Shown here in pieces: positions 30,421 to 38,437 of a stretch of 64,000 nt of DNA. The DNA is taken from positions 27,965 through 91,964 of the forward strand of contig CAYYQX010000004.1 of the NCBI GenBank assembly GCA_964473455.1. The letters run 5' to 3'. The notes under the pieces were generated by a model. That model was not told the DNA's origin and searched no databases. It saw only the letters and a list, made by a program, of their open reading frames with translations. Numbering within the stretch: position 1 is the stretch's first letter; every line of letters starts with the position of its first letter. The position numbers were made by a program, and so were the translations under genes. The stretch is from an uncultured Muribaculaceae bacterium. Lineage in GTDB: Bacteria; Bacillota_I; Bacilli_A; RF39; UBA660.

Positions 30421-30434
30421 GAACCTTAGTTCGT
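30421..30434. promoter_or_regulatory. LexA operator (Cheo box), perfect consensus
   Basis: CGAACCTTAGTTCG matches CGAAC-N4-GTTCG. It lies in the spacer of a TTGACA(30414-30419)...TAGTAT promoter for the divergent small gene, 76 nt upstream of the lexA start. Confidence 0.75.
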
Positions 30435-30466
30435 GATAGTATATGTTTGTATAGAGGAGGTATTTA

Positions 30467-30610
30467 TGAAAAAGCTTTTAGAAAATTTATTCCTTGTTGG
30501 TGTTTTAGTTTTTATATTAGGTTTTGTTTATATAAAAAGTGAACCAAAAGACAGCCTTGTTATAAATGAAACAATAAATGAAGAAGTAATAATTTATAAT
30601 ACAAAATAAA
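30467..30610 (+). CDS. Small single-pass membrane protein (47 aa) divergent from lexA; candidate SOS-induced cell-division inhibitor (YneA/SosA-like)
   Basis: MKKLLENLFLVGVLVFILGFVYIKSEPKDSLVINETINEEVIIYNTK. RBS gaggagg 6 nt upstream. The promoter overlaps the perfect Cheo box. Position divergent from lexA and upstream of tkt, as yneA in B. subtilis. Not in the ORF track (below length cutoff). Confidence 0.55.
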
Positions 30611-30668
30611 ACTTTATCTTTTATAAAATAGTTGATATAATTATTTTATGAAAATAGAGGTGTTTTTC

Positions 30669-32612
30669 ATGGATATAAAAATAGTTAACAATATTAAAAC
30701 GTTAGCCGTTGAAATGATTAACAAAGCAGGAAGCGGGCATACGGGCATTGCTCTTTCTGCTGCCCCAATTTTATATACTTTGTATAGTAGACATATTAAT
30801 ATTGAACCTAATCAACCAAATTGGATCAATCGAGATAGATTTGTTATGTCAGCAGGGCATGGATCTGCTCTTTTATATGCAACACTTTATTTTGCTGGAT
30901 ATAATATTAGTTTAGAGGATTTAAAACAATTTAGGCAAATAGATTCTAAAACGCCAGGACATCCAGAATTTGGAATAACTAGTGGAGTTGACGCCACAAC
31001 TGGTCCTTTAGGCCAAGGGTTAGGAACTGCTGTTGGTATGGCTTTAGCTTCTAAAATATTAGGTGATAAATATACTCTAAGTAATGGAATAAAAGATAAT
31101 ACTTCCTTAATCAACTACAAGGTATATGTTTTGTGTAGTGATGGAGATTTAATGGAAGGAGTAAGCTATGAAGCTGCTTCTCTTGCCGGAACACTTAATT
31201 TAGATAATTTAATTGTTTTGTACGATTCAAACAAAGTGAGTTTAGATGGCGATACTTCAAACACATTTACTGAAAATGTTATAGATAGATTCAAGGCAAT
31301 GGGTTGGTATACAGACCAAGTAAGAAATGGCTCTGATATAAATGAAATAGATGAAGCAATAGATGAAGCTAAGATGTCAGGAAGACCTTCTTTTATTGAA
31401 ATAAAGACAATAATTGGTAAAGGCACTAAATATGAGGGAACAAGTAAAGCTCATGGTCTTAGTTTAAATGATGAAGAAGTGTTAGAGATAAAAAGAAGAC
31501 TAGATATTCCTTTAGAACCTTTTTATGTTAATGAAGAAGCAGTAAGCTTTTTTAGAAGTACAGTAAAAAGTAGAAGTAATTATAAAGAGTGGAGCTTAAA
31601 TTTACAAAGATATTTAGAGTTTAATAAATTAGAAAAGCTTGATTTTTCAAGTGAAATAAATTTATTGGATTTAAAAATGGAATCAGACAAAAATACAACA
31701 AGAGATCTTAATCATATTGTTATGCAGGAAATTGGAAAAAGACTAGATAACTTTATTGGTGGCAGTGCCGATCTTAGAAGTAGTACAAGAGCTTATTTTG
31801 ATAACTTCGACGATATAAAAGACAGCCATTATAAAGGTAAAAACATTTGGTTTGGTGTTAGAGAACATGTAATGGGAGCAGTGCTTAATGGCCTTGCTTT
31901 ATCAAACATAAGATGCTTTGGCTCAACTTTTTTAGCTTTTTCAGATTACTTAAAACCAGCCATTAGAATGTCAGCCATAATGAATTTACCTGTAACTTAT
32001 ATATTTTCACATGATTCTGTTTCAATAGGAGAAGATGGACCAACGCATCAACCAATTGAGCAATTATCAAGTCTTAGAATGATTCCAAACTTAGATGTCT
32101 TTAGACCAGCTGATTTAAATGAATTAATAGGCTGTTGGAATGTGATTTTAAATAAACAAAACCCAAGTGCGTTAGTAATTTCTAAAGAAGTAATAAAAGA
32201 AGTACCAACAGATACAAGGATGACTATGAAGGGTGCTTATATAATTAAAAAAGAAGAAGATAGGCTTGACGGAATAATTATAGCGACAGGCTCAGAAGTT
32301 CATAAGGCATATTTTATTGCCAAGAAATTATATGAAGAGAAAAGGTTAAGTATTAGGGTTATTAGTATGCCATCAGTTAGTCTTTATAAAAAACAAAATA
32401 TAGAGTATAAAAATGAATTATTTCCTGTTGGTAAAAAAGTAATAGTAATAGAAGCGGGAGCTTCTGGTGCGTGGTATGAATTTGTATATAATAAAAATTA
32501 TTTATTAACGCTTGATGAATTTGGAGCTTCTGGTAAAAGTGAAGATGTTTTAAAAAAGTTTAACTTTGATTATGAAAGCCTTAAAAATCGTGTAGAAAGA
32601 CTATTAAAATAA
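30669..32612 (+). CDS. tkt: Transketolase
   Basis: GSGHTGIALSAAPILYTLY, SAGHGSALLYATLYFAGY, TPGHPE and GPLGQGLGTAVGMALA. ATG at 30669 follows RBS gaggtg. Confidence 0.9.
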   Translation: MDIKIVNNIKTLAVEMINKAGSGHTGIALSAAPILYTLYSRHINIEPNQPNWINRDRFVMSAGHGSALLYATLYFAGYNISLEDLKQFRQIDSKTPGHPEFGITSGVDATTGPLGQGLGTAVGMALASKILGDKYTLSNGIKDNTSLINYKVYVLCSDGDLMEGVSYEAASLAGTLNLDNLIVLYDSNKVSLDGDTSNTFTENVIDRFKAMGWYTDQVRNGSDINEIDEAIDEAKMSGRPSFIEIKTIIGKGTKYEGTSKAHGLSLNDEEVLEIKRRLDIPLEPFYVNEEAVSFFRSTVKSRSNYKEWSLNLQRYLEFNKLEKLDFSSEINLLDLKMESDKNTTRDLNHIVMQEIGKRLDNFIGGSADLRSSTRAYFDNFDDIKDSHYKGKNIWFGVREHVMGAVLNGLALSNIRCFGSTFLAFSDYLKPAIRMSAIMNLPVTYIFSHDSVSIGEDGPTHQPIEQLSSLRMIPNLDVFRPADLNELIGCWNVILNKQNPSALVISKEVIKEVPTDTRMTMKGAYIIKKEEDRLDGIIIATGSEVHKAYFIAKKLYEEKRLSIRVISMPSVSLYKKQNIEYKNELFPVGKKVIVIEAGASGAWYEFVYNKNYLLTLDEFGASGKSEDVLKKFNFDYESLKNRVERLLK

Positions 32613-33124
32613 TGGAAGAAATAGATATATTAGATAAATCTGGTAATAAGCTAGGGCTTAGTTTACCTCTAGAAGAAGTTCATAAAAAAGGTTTGTGGCA
32701 CGAAGCTATTCATATAATTGTCTTAAATAATAATAAAGTTTTTCTGCAGAAAAGATCAGATAGGATGATAACGTTTCCAAACATATGGGATATTTCTGTT
32801 GGGGGACATGTTAGTTCAGGGGAAGAGGCTTTAACTGCCGCTAAAAGAGAATTTTTTGAAGAGTTAGGACTAAATCCAGAAGAATATGAATTTGATTTTG
32901 CAAAAAGATATCAAGAACAATTGGTATATAATGATACTGCGATTAATGAATATGTTGATTTATACGTTGTAAAAATTGATGGTGTTATAAACTTTAACAT
33001 TAGTTCAAAGGAAATAAAAGAAGTTAAATGGGCTTCTAAAAGCGAACTTAATCAAATGATTACAAACAAAGACATTATCTACCACGAATATGATTATCAA
33101 ATATTAAACGAATTATTGAAATAA
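32612..33124 (+). CDS. NUDIX hydrolase
   Basis: Nudix box GGHVSSGEEALTAAKREFFEELGL. Overlaps the tkt stop by 1 nt. Confidence 0.8.
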   Translation: MEEIDILDKSGNKLGLSLPLEEVHKKGLWHEAIHIIVLNNNKVFLQKRSDRMITFPNIWDISVGGHVSSGEEALTAAKREFFEELGLNPEEYEFDFAKRYQEQLVYNDTAINEYVDLYVVKIDGVINFNISSKEIKEVKWASKSELNQMITNKDIIYHEYDYQILNELLK

Positions 33125-33175
33125 CTTTACTAATTAAGTAATCTTTAGTACCATTAATACAGGAGGAAATAAAAT

Positions 33176-33391
33176 ATGGAATTATTTTTAGATATAGTAA
33201 AAATCCTTGGAGGATTAATAGTAGGGGCAGTTATAGGGTTTTTTCTTGCAAGATCTTATATGCAAAGGTATATGAAAAAAAACCCACCAATCAATGAACA
33301 AATGATAAAAGCGATGATGATGCAGATGGGAAGAACACCTAGTCAAAAACAAGTTAATCAAATGATGAAACAAATGACTAAATATATGTAG
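33176..33391 (+). CDS. yneF: UPF0154 family small membrane protein YneF
   Basis: MELFLDIVKILGGLIVGAVIGFFLARSYMQRYMKKNPPINEQMIKAMMMQMGRTPSQKQVNQMMKQM is closely similar to B. subtilis YneF. Terminator hairpin caaatgacta...tagtcatttg plus T-run at the 3' end. Confidence 0.85.
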   Translation: MELFLDIVKILGGLIVGAVIGFFLARSYMQRYMKKNPPINEQMIKAMMMQMGRTPSQKQVNQMMKQMTKYM

Positions 33392-33467
33392 TCATTTGTT
33401 TTTTCTGTTGACAATTTTATTTAAAAAATGTAAAATAACAGTTATTGTTTAAAAAGAAGGAGAAAAT

Positions 33468-33914
33468 ATGAGTATAACAGTAAGACAAGCAAAGGCAGTA
33501 GCTGAAAAAAAAGCTTATTATAAGGCTCTTTATGATGGGCAAAGTGATGATTCTTTTTCAGACAAAGCAAAAGAATATTATGACAAACTAAACTATTATT
33601 CAAGTTTCGATAATCTTGATGTAGCTAAGCCGCAAGATAATGATTCAGTTCAAGTAGGATCAGTAATTAGATTAAAAATGCCAAATAACAACATTTTTAG
33701 CTTTGAAATTGTTGATACGGTTATACATGGCATTGATGCAGTAGGCTCAGTTATATCGACCAAAAGCTCTCTTGGGCAAGTTATTTTAGGTAAAGAAAAA
33801 GGGCAAAAATTTACTTTTTTAAATGGAACGCAAGAAAACAAAATAAAAATTCTAGAAATTTCAGGATATGAAGAACCAGAATTAGGACACCAAAAAGTTA
33901 TTGAAAAAGTTTAA
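33468..33914 (+). CDS. Gre-factor C-terminal-domain-like protein (Rnk/GreA-CTD family)
   Basis: The C-terminal half VISTKSSLGQVILGKEKGQKFTF...KIKILEIS resembles the GreA/GreB FKBP-like domain (SPIGKALLGKKVGD...EILEI). The N-terminal half is not recognised. Confidence 0.45.
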   Translation: MSITVRQAKAVAEKKAYYKALYDGQSDDSFSDKAKEYYDKLNYYSSFDNLDVAKPQDNDSVQVGSVIRLKMPNNNIFSFEIVDTVIHGIDAVGSVISTKSSLGQVILGKEKGQKFTFLNGTQENKIKILEISGYEEPELGHQKVIEKV

Positions 33915-33938
33915 TAACTTTTTTTATTGTTCAACACC

Positions 33939-33952
33939 CAAACATATGTTAT
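33939..33952. promoter_or_regulatory. LexA-like palindrome overlapping the uvrA promoter -10
   Basis: caAACATATGTTat has the perfect AACATATGTT core of the Cheo consensus (CGAACATATGTTCG). It is embedded in TTGTTC(33927-33932)-17-TATAAT(33950-33955). Confidence 0.45.
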
Positions 33953-33978
33953 AATAAAAAAGTGGAAGAAGTGATATT

Positions 33979-36798
33979 ATGGACAACATAATAATAAAAG
34001 GTGCCAGAGAAAACAATTTAAAAAACATTGATTTAGTTTTGCCAAAAAATAAATTAATAGTTATGACAGGTGTAAGTGGAAGCGGTAAAAGCTCCCTTGC
34101 TTTTGATACTATATATGCCGAAGGAGAAAGAAGATACATTGAAAGTCTAAACGCTTATGCTAGACAGTTCTTAGGCAACTTTAATAAACCAGACGTTGAT
34201 ACTATAGAAGGTTTAAGTCCAGCTATAAGTATCGATCAAAAATCAACCAACAAAAATCCTAGAAGTACTGTTGGAACAGTTACTGAAATATACGATTATT
34301 TAAGACTTTTGTATGCCAAAATAGGTGTACCTTATTGTCCTACTCATAAAAAGCCAATTAAAAGTCAGAGTATTGAAGAAATGACTTCACAAATATTAAA
34401 AACAGAGCCAAATACCAAAATTAGAATATTGAGCCCTGTTATTTATGGAGAAAAAGGAACACAAAAGGAAATACTTGAAGATTTAAGAAAAGATGGGTTT
34501 GCCAGAGTAATAATTGATAAAAGTGAATATGAATTATCTGATGAGATAGAACTAGACAAAAACAAAAAACATACTATTTTAGTTGTAGTAGATAGATTAA
34601 TTATGAAAGAAGATATTAGAAGTAGGCTATATGAAGCAATAGAAGTTGCTACTAGATTGTCAAAAGGGAAATGTATAGTTGACATTATTGGTGACAAAGA
34701 AATTGTGATGAGCGAGAAGTATGCCTGCCCTGAATGCGACTTTAGTTTGCCAGAGTTAGAACCAAGAATCTTTTCTTTTAATGCGCCATATGGAGCTTGT
34801 GAAGAATGCAAAGGACTTGGAGTAAAATTCAAAGTTGATGAGGAATTAGTTATTCCAGATAAAAACAAAACATTAAGAGAAGGTGCTATAAAAGCGATAA
34901 ACTTAAATGATATTGGGAATATTATTTACACGCAAATAAATACAGTTTGTGAGTATTATAAAATTAATATGGATATTCCAGTAAAAAAAATACCTAAAGA
35001 GAAAATGGACATATTACTTTATGGAACTCCTGAAAAAATAGAGTTTGAATATACTTCCAAAGTTGGTAGTATGCGAAAAACAAAAGAAAACTATGAAGGA
35101 ATAATTACTAACTTAGAAAGACGATATATTGAAACAAAAAGTGAATGGATAAGAACTTGGATAGAGAACTTTATGACTGAAAATGTTTGTCCAAAATGTA
35201 ATGGGGCAAGACTAAAAAGTGAAGTTTTATCTGTTTTAATAAACAACAAGAATATTTATGAAATAACAAAATTAAGTATTAGTGAATTAAAAGAATTTTT
35301 TACACATTTAGAACTAACAAATACCGAAAAAGAAATAAGTGATTTAATTATTAAAGAGATAAATTCAAGACTAGAGTTTTTAATAAACGTTGGACTTGAT
35401 TATTTGACTTTAAGCAGAACTGCCGCAACTTTATCAGGTGGAGAAGCTCAAAGAATTAGACTGGCTACCCAAATAGGTTCAAGATTAACTGGTGTTTTAT
35501 ATGTTTTAGATGAACCAAGCATTGGTCTTCATCAAAGAGACAATGACAGATTAATAAAGTCAATGATGGATATGAGAGATTTAGGAAACACCTTAATAGT
35601 AGTAGAACACGATTTCGACACTATGTTGAAGGCAGACTATTTAGTAGATATTGGTCCAGGTGCGGGCATTCATGGCGGGAATGTCGTTGCTGCAGGCACT
35701 CCAATTGAAGTTATGAATAATCCAAACAGTTTAACCGGAAGATATTTAAAAGGTGAATTAAAAATAGAAGTTCCCCAAAAAAGAAGAACAAGCAATAAGT
35801 TTTTAGAAATTATTGGTGCTGAAGAAAACAATCTAAAAAATATAAATATAAAATTTCCTTTAGGCACTTTTGTTTGTGTAACAGGAGTTAGTGGTAGTGG
35901 TAAAAGTTCCCTTGTAAATGAAATAGTATATAAAGCTGTCTATAATAATTTATACAAAAATAAAGAGAAGATAGGGAAACATAAAACAATTAAGGGAATG
36001 CAAGAAATAGATAAAGCCGTTGATATTTCACAAAATCCAATAGGCAGAACTCCAAGAAGCAACCCTGTTACTTATACTGGAGTATTTGATGACATCAGAA
36101 CTGTTTTTGCAAATACAAAAGAAGCTAAAATAAGAGGATATAAAAAAGATAGATTTTCTTTCAACATTAAAGGTGGAAGATGTGAAGCTTGTTTTGGAGA
36201 TGGCGTTAAAAAAATAGAAATGCATTTTTTGCCAGATGTTTATGTACCTTGTGAGGTATGCAATGGCACACGTTATAATAAAGAAACATTAAGCATAAAA
36301 TATAAAGGTAAAAATATCTATGATGTTTTGGAAATGCGTGTTGAAGAAGCATTAGAATTCTTTGAAAATGTGCCAAAAGTTAAAGATAAACTTCAAATGC
36401 TGATGGATGTTGGGCTTTCTTATGTTAAATTAGGACAAAGTTCGACGACTTTATCTGGTGGTGAAGCAGCTCGAATAAAACTGGCAAAAGAACTTCAAAA
36501 AAAACCAACAGGGAAAAGTTTGTTTATTCTTGATGAACCAACAACCGGATTACATGCTGATGATATTAAAAAACTGCTTGTAATTTTAAACAGAATAGTA
36601 GATAATGGAGATACAGTATTAGTGATTGAGCACAACTTAGATGTAATCAAAGTTTCTGACTATATAATTGACTTGGGCCCTGAAGGTGGAGACAAAGGCG
36701 GCTTTTTAGTAGCTAATGGAACACCTGAAGAAGTAGCGCAAATAAAGAACAGTTATACAGGCAATTATTTAAAAGAAGTATTAAAAAAAAATAATTAA
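33979..36798 (+). CDS. uvrA: Excinuclease ABC subunit A
   Basis: Two ABC ATPase modules (GVSGSGKSSLAF; GVSGSGKSSLVN), zinc fingers CPEC...CEEC and CEAC...CEVC, LSGGEAQR signature motifs. Confidence 0.95.
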   Translation: MDNIIIKGARENNLKNIDLVLPKNKLIVMTGVSGSGKSSLAFDTIYAEGERRYIESLNAYARQFLGNFNKPDVDTIEGLSPAISIDQKSTNKNPRSTVGTVTEIYDYLRLLYAKIGVPYCPTHKKPIKSQSIEEMTSQILKTEPNTKIRILSPVIYGEKGTQKEILEDLRKDGFARVIIDKSEYELSDEIELDKNKKHTILVVVDRLIMKEDIRSRLYEAIEVATRLSKGKCIVDIIGDKEIVMSEKYACPECDFSLPELEPRIFSFNAPYGACEECKGLGVKFKVDEELVIPDKNKTLREGAIKAINLNDIGNIIYTQINTVCEYYKINMDIPVKKIPKEKMDILLYGTPEKIEFEYTSKVGSMRKTKENYEGIITNLERRYIETKSEWIRTWIENFMTENVCPKCNGARLKSEVLSVLINNKNIYEITKLSISELKEFFTHLELTNTEKEISDLIIKEINSRLEFLINVGLDYLTLSRTAATLSGGEAQRIRLATQIGSRLTGVLYVLDEPSIGLHQRDNDRLIKSMMDMRDLGNTLIVVEHDFDTMLKADYLVDIGPGAGIHGGNVVAAGTPIEVMNNPNSLTGRYLKGELKIEVPQKRRTSNKFLEIIGAEENNLKNINIKFPLGTFVCVTGVSGSGKSSLVNEIVYKAVYNNLYKNKEKIGKHKTIKGMQEIDKAVDISQNPIGRTPRSNPVTYTGVFDDIRTVFANTKEAKIRGYKKDRFSFNIKGGRCEACFGDGVKKIEMHFLPDVYVPCEVCNGTRYNKETLSIKYKGKNIYDVLEMRVEEALEFFENVPKVKDKLQMLMDVGLSYVKLGQSSTTLSGGEAARIKLAKELQKKPTGKSLFILDEPTTGLHADDIKKLLVILNRIVDNGDTVLVIEHNLDVIKVSDYIIDLGPEGGDKGGFLVANGTPEEVAQIKNSYTGNYLKEVLKKNN

Positions 36799-36809
36799 GG
36801 AGGATTTTT

Positions 36810-37211
36810 ATGACAGACGAAGAAGTTTTACAAAAAGCTTTAATGATTGTTGATAAAAACAAATATGCTTTTCTTGGAACAATGGGTTTAGAAAAATATC
36901 CAAACATCAGAATAATGTCTAAAATTAAAAACGAAGGATTAAAAAAGTTTTATTTTAGTACTAGAAGTACATCCTTAAAAGTTAAACAAATTAAGAAAAA
37001 CAAAAGAGGATGTATATACTTTTATGATCAAGAAACATACCAAACAGTTATGTTAGAAGGCATATTTAAGGTTGAAGCCAACACTCTTTTATCAATAGCT
37101 GAAATATATGCTATAGATGAGCACGATCCGTTTGATTATTTAACAATTGTTTTTGAGACAAAAACAATTAATTTCTATAGTAGTTATGAAACTACAAATA
37201 TAAATATTTGA
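36810..37211 (+). CDS. Pyridoxamine 5'-phosphate oxidase-like (split-barrel FMN-binding) family protein
   Basis: 133 aa. ...AFLGTMGLEKYPNIRIMS...GCIYFYDQETYQTVMLEG pattern resembles PNPOx-like/general stress protein 26. RBS aaggagg. Confidence 0.45.
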   Translation: MTDEEVLQKALMIVDKNKYAFLGTMGLEKYPNIRIMSKIKNEGLKKFYFSTRSTSLKVKQIKKNKRGCIYFYDQETYQTVMLEGIFKVEANTLLSIAEIYAIDEHDPFDYLTIVFETKTINFYSSYETTNINI

Positions 37212-37300
37212 CAATTATTTTTATAACAAATTGTCATAAGTTCTTTTGACTTTTAAAATATAGTGTGCTAGAATAAATTTTAGATAACATGGAGGATAAA

Positions 37301-37702
37301 ATGGGATTTAGCTTTAAGAAACTCTTTGCCGAGAAACAAGAATCTTTTGTCAATGGTGGAGATGAGTTTTACGAAATAAAAACAGATGCGTTAATGGAAG
37401 AAGGCGGCAGTAAAATGATTCTTCTGGAACCAAGAGCGTATTCTGAAAGTCAACAAATTGCTGATTATCTTAAAAAAAGAAACACAGTTGTTGTTAATTT
37501 AAAAAGAGTAACATCAGATCAAGCAAAAAGAATAGTAGATTTTTTGTCTGGAACTATTTATGCTTTAAATGGTGACCTACAAAAAATAGGCGGAGGCATA
37601 TTCTTATGTACTCCAAATAATATGGCTGTTCAAGGAAAGATAACAGAAGAAAAAGAAGGAAAAGGAATTCACGATAACGACGATATAAATATCGAGTGGT
37701 AA
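37301..37702 (+). CDS. sepF: Cell division protein SepF
   Basis: [66 protein letters not shown] is the conserved SepF (DUF552) core. ATG at 37301 after RBS ggagg. Confidence 0.9.
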   Translation: MGFSFKKLFAEKQESFVNGGDEFYEIKTDALMEEGGSKMILLEPRAYSESQQIADYLKKRNTVVVNLKRVTSDQAKRIVDFLSGTIYALNGDLQKIGGGIFLCTPNNMAVQGKITEEKEGKGIHDNDDINIEW

Positions 37703-37721
37703 AACATTTAGAGGTGGAAAT

Positions 37722-38210
37722 ATGAAAAAATTTACAATTGTAAGTCAAGGTTACGATAAAGATGAAGTAAATTCTTTTCTTGACGAACTTATTGTTAGAT
37801 TTGAAAAAATGATTAAAGAGATAAACGAAAAAAACGATATGATTTCCACTTTAAGAATGGACCTTTCTAAAAACGGATTTAGTCCTGAATTAGAAAGAGA
37901 AAACAAAAACCTAAAAGATAAAGTTGAACAATATAAAGCAATGGAAGAAACATTAAATAAAGCCATATTAATGGCTCAAAAAACTTCTGATCAAATGAGA
38001 TTAACTGCTCATAATGAAGCAGAAGTAATAACTACAGAAGCTAGAAGTAATGCGAACAGAATCGTAAATGATGCTTTAATGAAAGCAGATAAAGTTCAAG
38101 TAGAAGCAGATACATTAAGAAGAAACTTAATTGTATTTAAAAGAAGACTAAGAAGTGTTATTGAAACACAATTAGATCTTGTAGATGATATTGAAAAAAT
38201 AGAATTATAA
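37722..38210 (+). CDS. divIVA: Cell division protein DivIVA
   Basis: N-terminal GYDKDEVNSFLDEL lipid-binding/DivIVA motif followed by coiled coil. Position sepF-divIVA-ileS as in Bacilli. Confidence 0.85.
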   Translation: MKKFTIVSQGYDKDEVNSFLDELIVRFEKMIKEINEKNDMISTLRMDLSKNGFSPELERENKNLKDKVEQYKAMEETLNKAILMAQKTSDQMRLTAHNEAEVITTEARSNANRIVNDALMKADKVQVEADTLRRNLIVFKRRLRSVIETQLDLVDDIEKIEL

Positions 38211-38235
38211 CAAATGACGAAGACAAGTATATTAA

Positions 38236-38416
38236 TAGTTATTAAGAGAGTTAGTGTTTGGTGAAAACTAATTAACAATTAATATACAAATCACTTCTGA
38301 TGTTTTTTGCCAAAACAAAAACGTGTAGCTTGCGTTAAAAGTATGGAGGTAATAGACATTACAAAATAAGGTGGTACCGCGAAGTTTCGCCCTTATATGT
38401 GATGTTTTTATTTTAG
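38236..38416 (+). promoter_or_regulatory. T-box riboswitch leader (Ile specifier) of ileS
   Basis: Stem I with AGAGA (38245-38249) and distal gguGAAAACUAAu. Candidate specifier AUC-A at 38290-38293. Conserved T-box sequence AAUAAGGUGGUACCGCG (38366-38381). Hairpin plus U-rich tract before the ileS RBS. Confidence 0.8.
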
Positions 38417-38437
38417 AATAATAATTAAGGAGAAAAT

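Noticed and set aside
30345-30542. ORF-track ORF 30345..30542 (+, 65 aa) in the lexA divergent region
   Set aside because: Its frame runs through the lexA promoter, the LexA box and the RBS of the better-supported 47-aa TM gene. It has no RBS of its own. It is superseded by the 30467..30610 call.
33468-33914. Assignment of 33468..33914 as SirA/YneE, based on synteny with B. subtilis tkt-yneE-yneF
   Set aside because: The length matches (148 aa) but there is no sequence resemblance to SirA. The C-terminal half instead looks like a Gre-factor FKBP-like domain.
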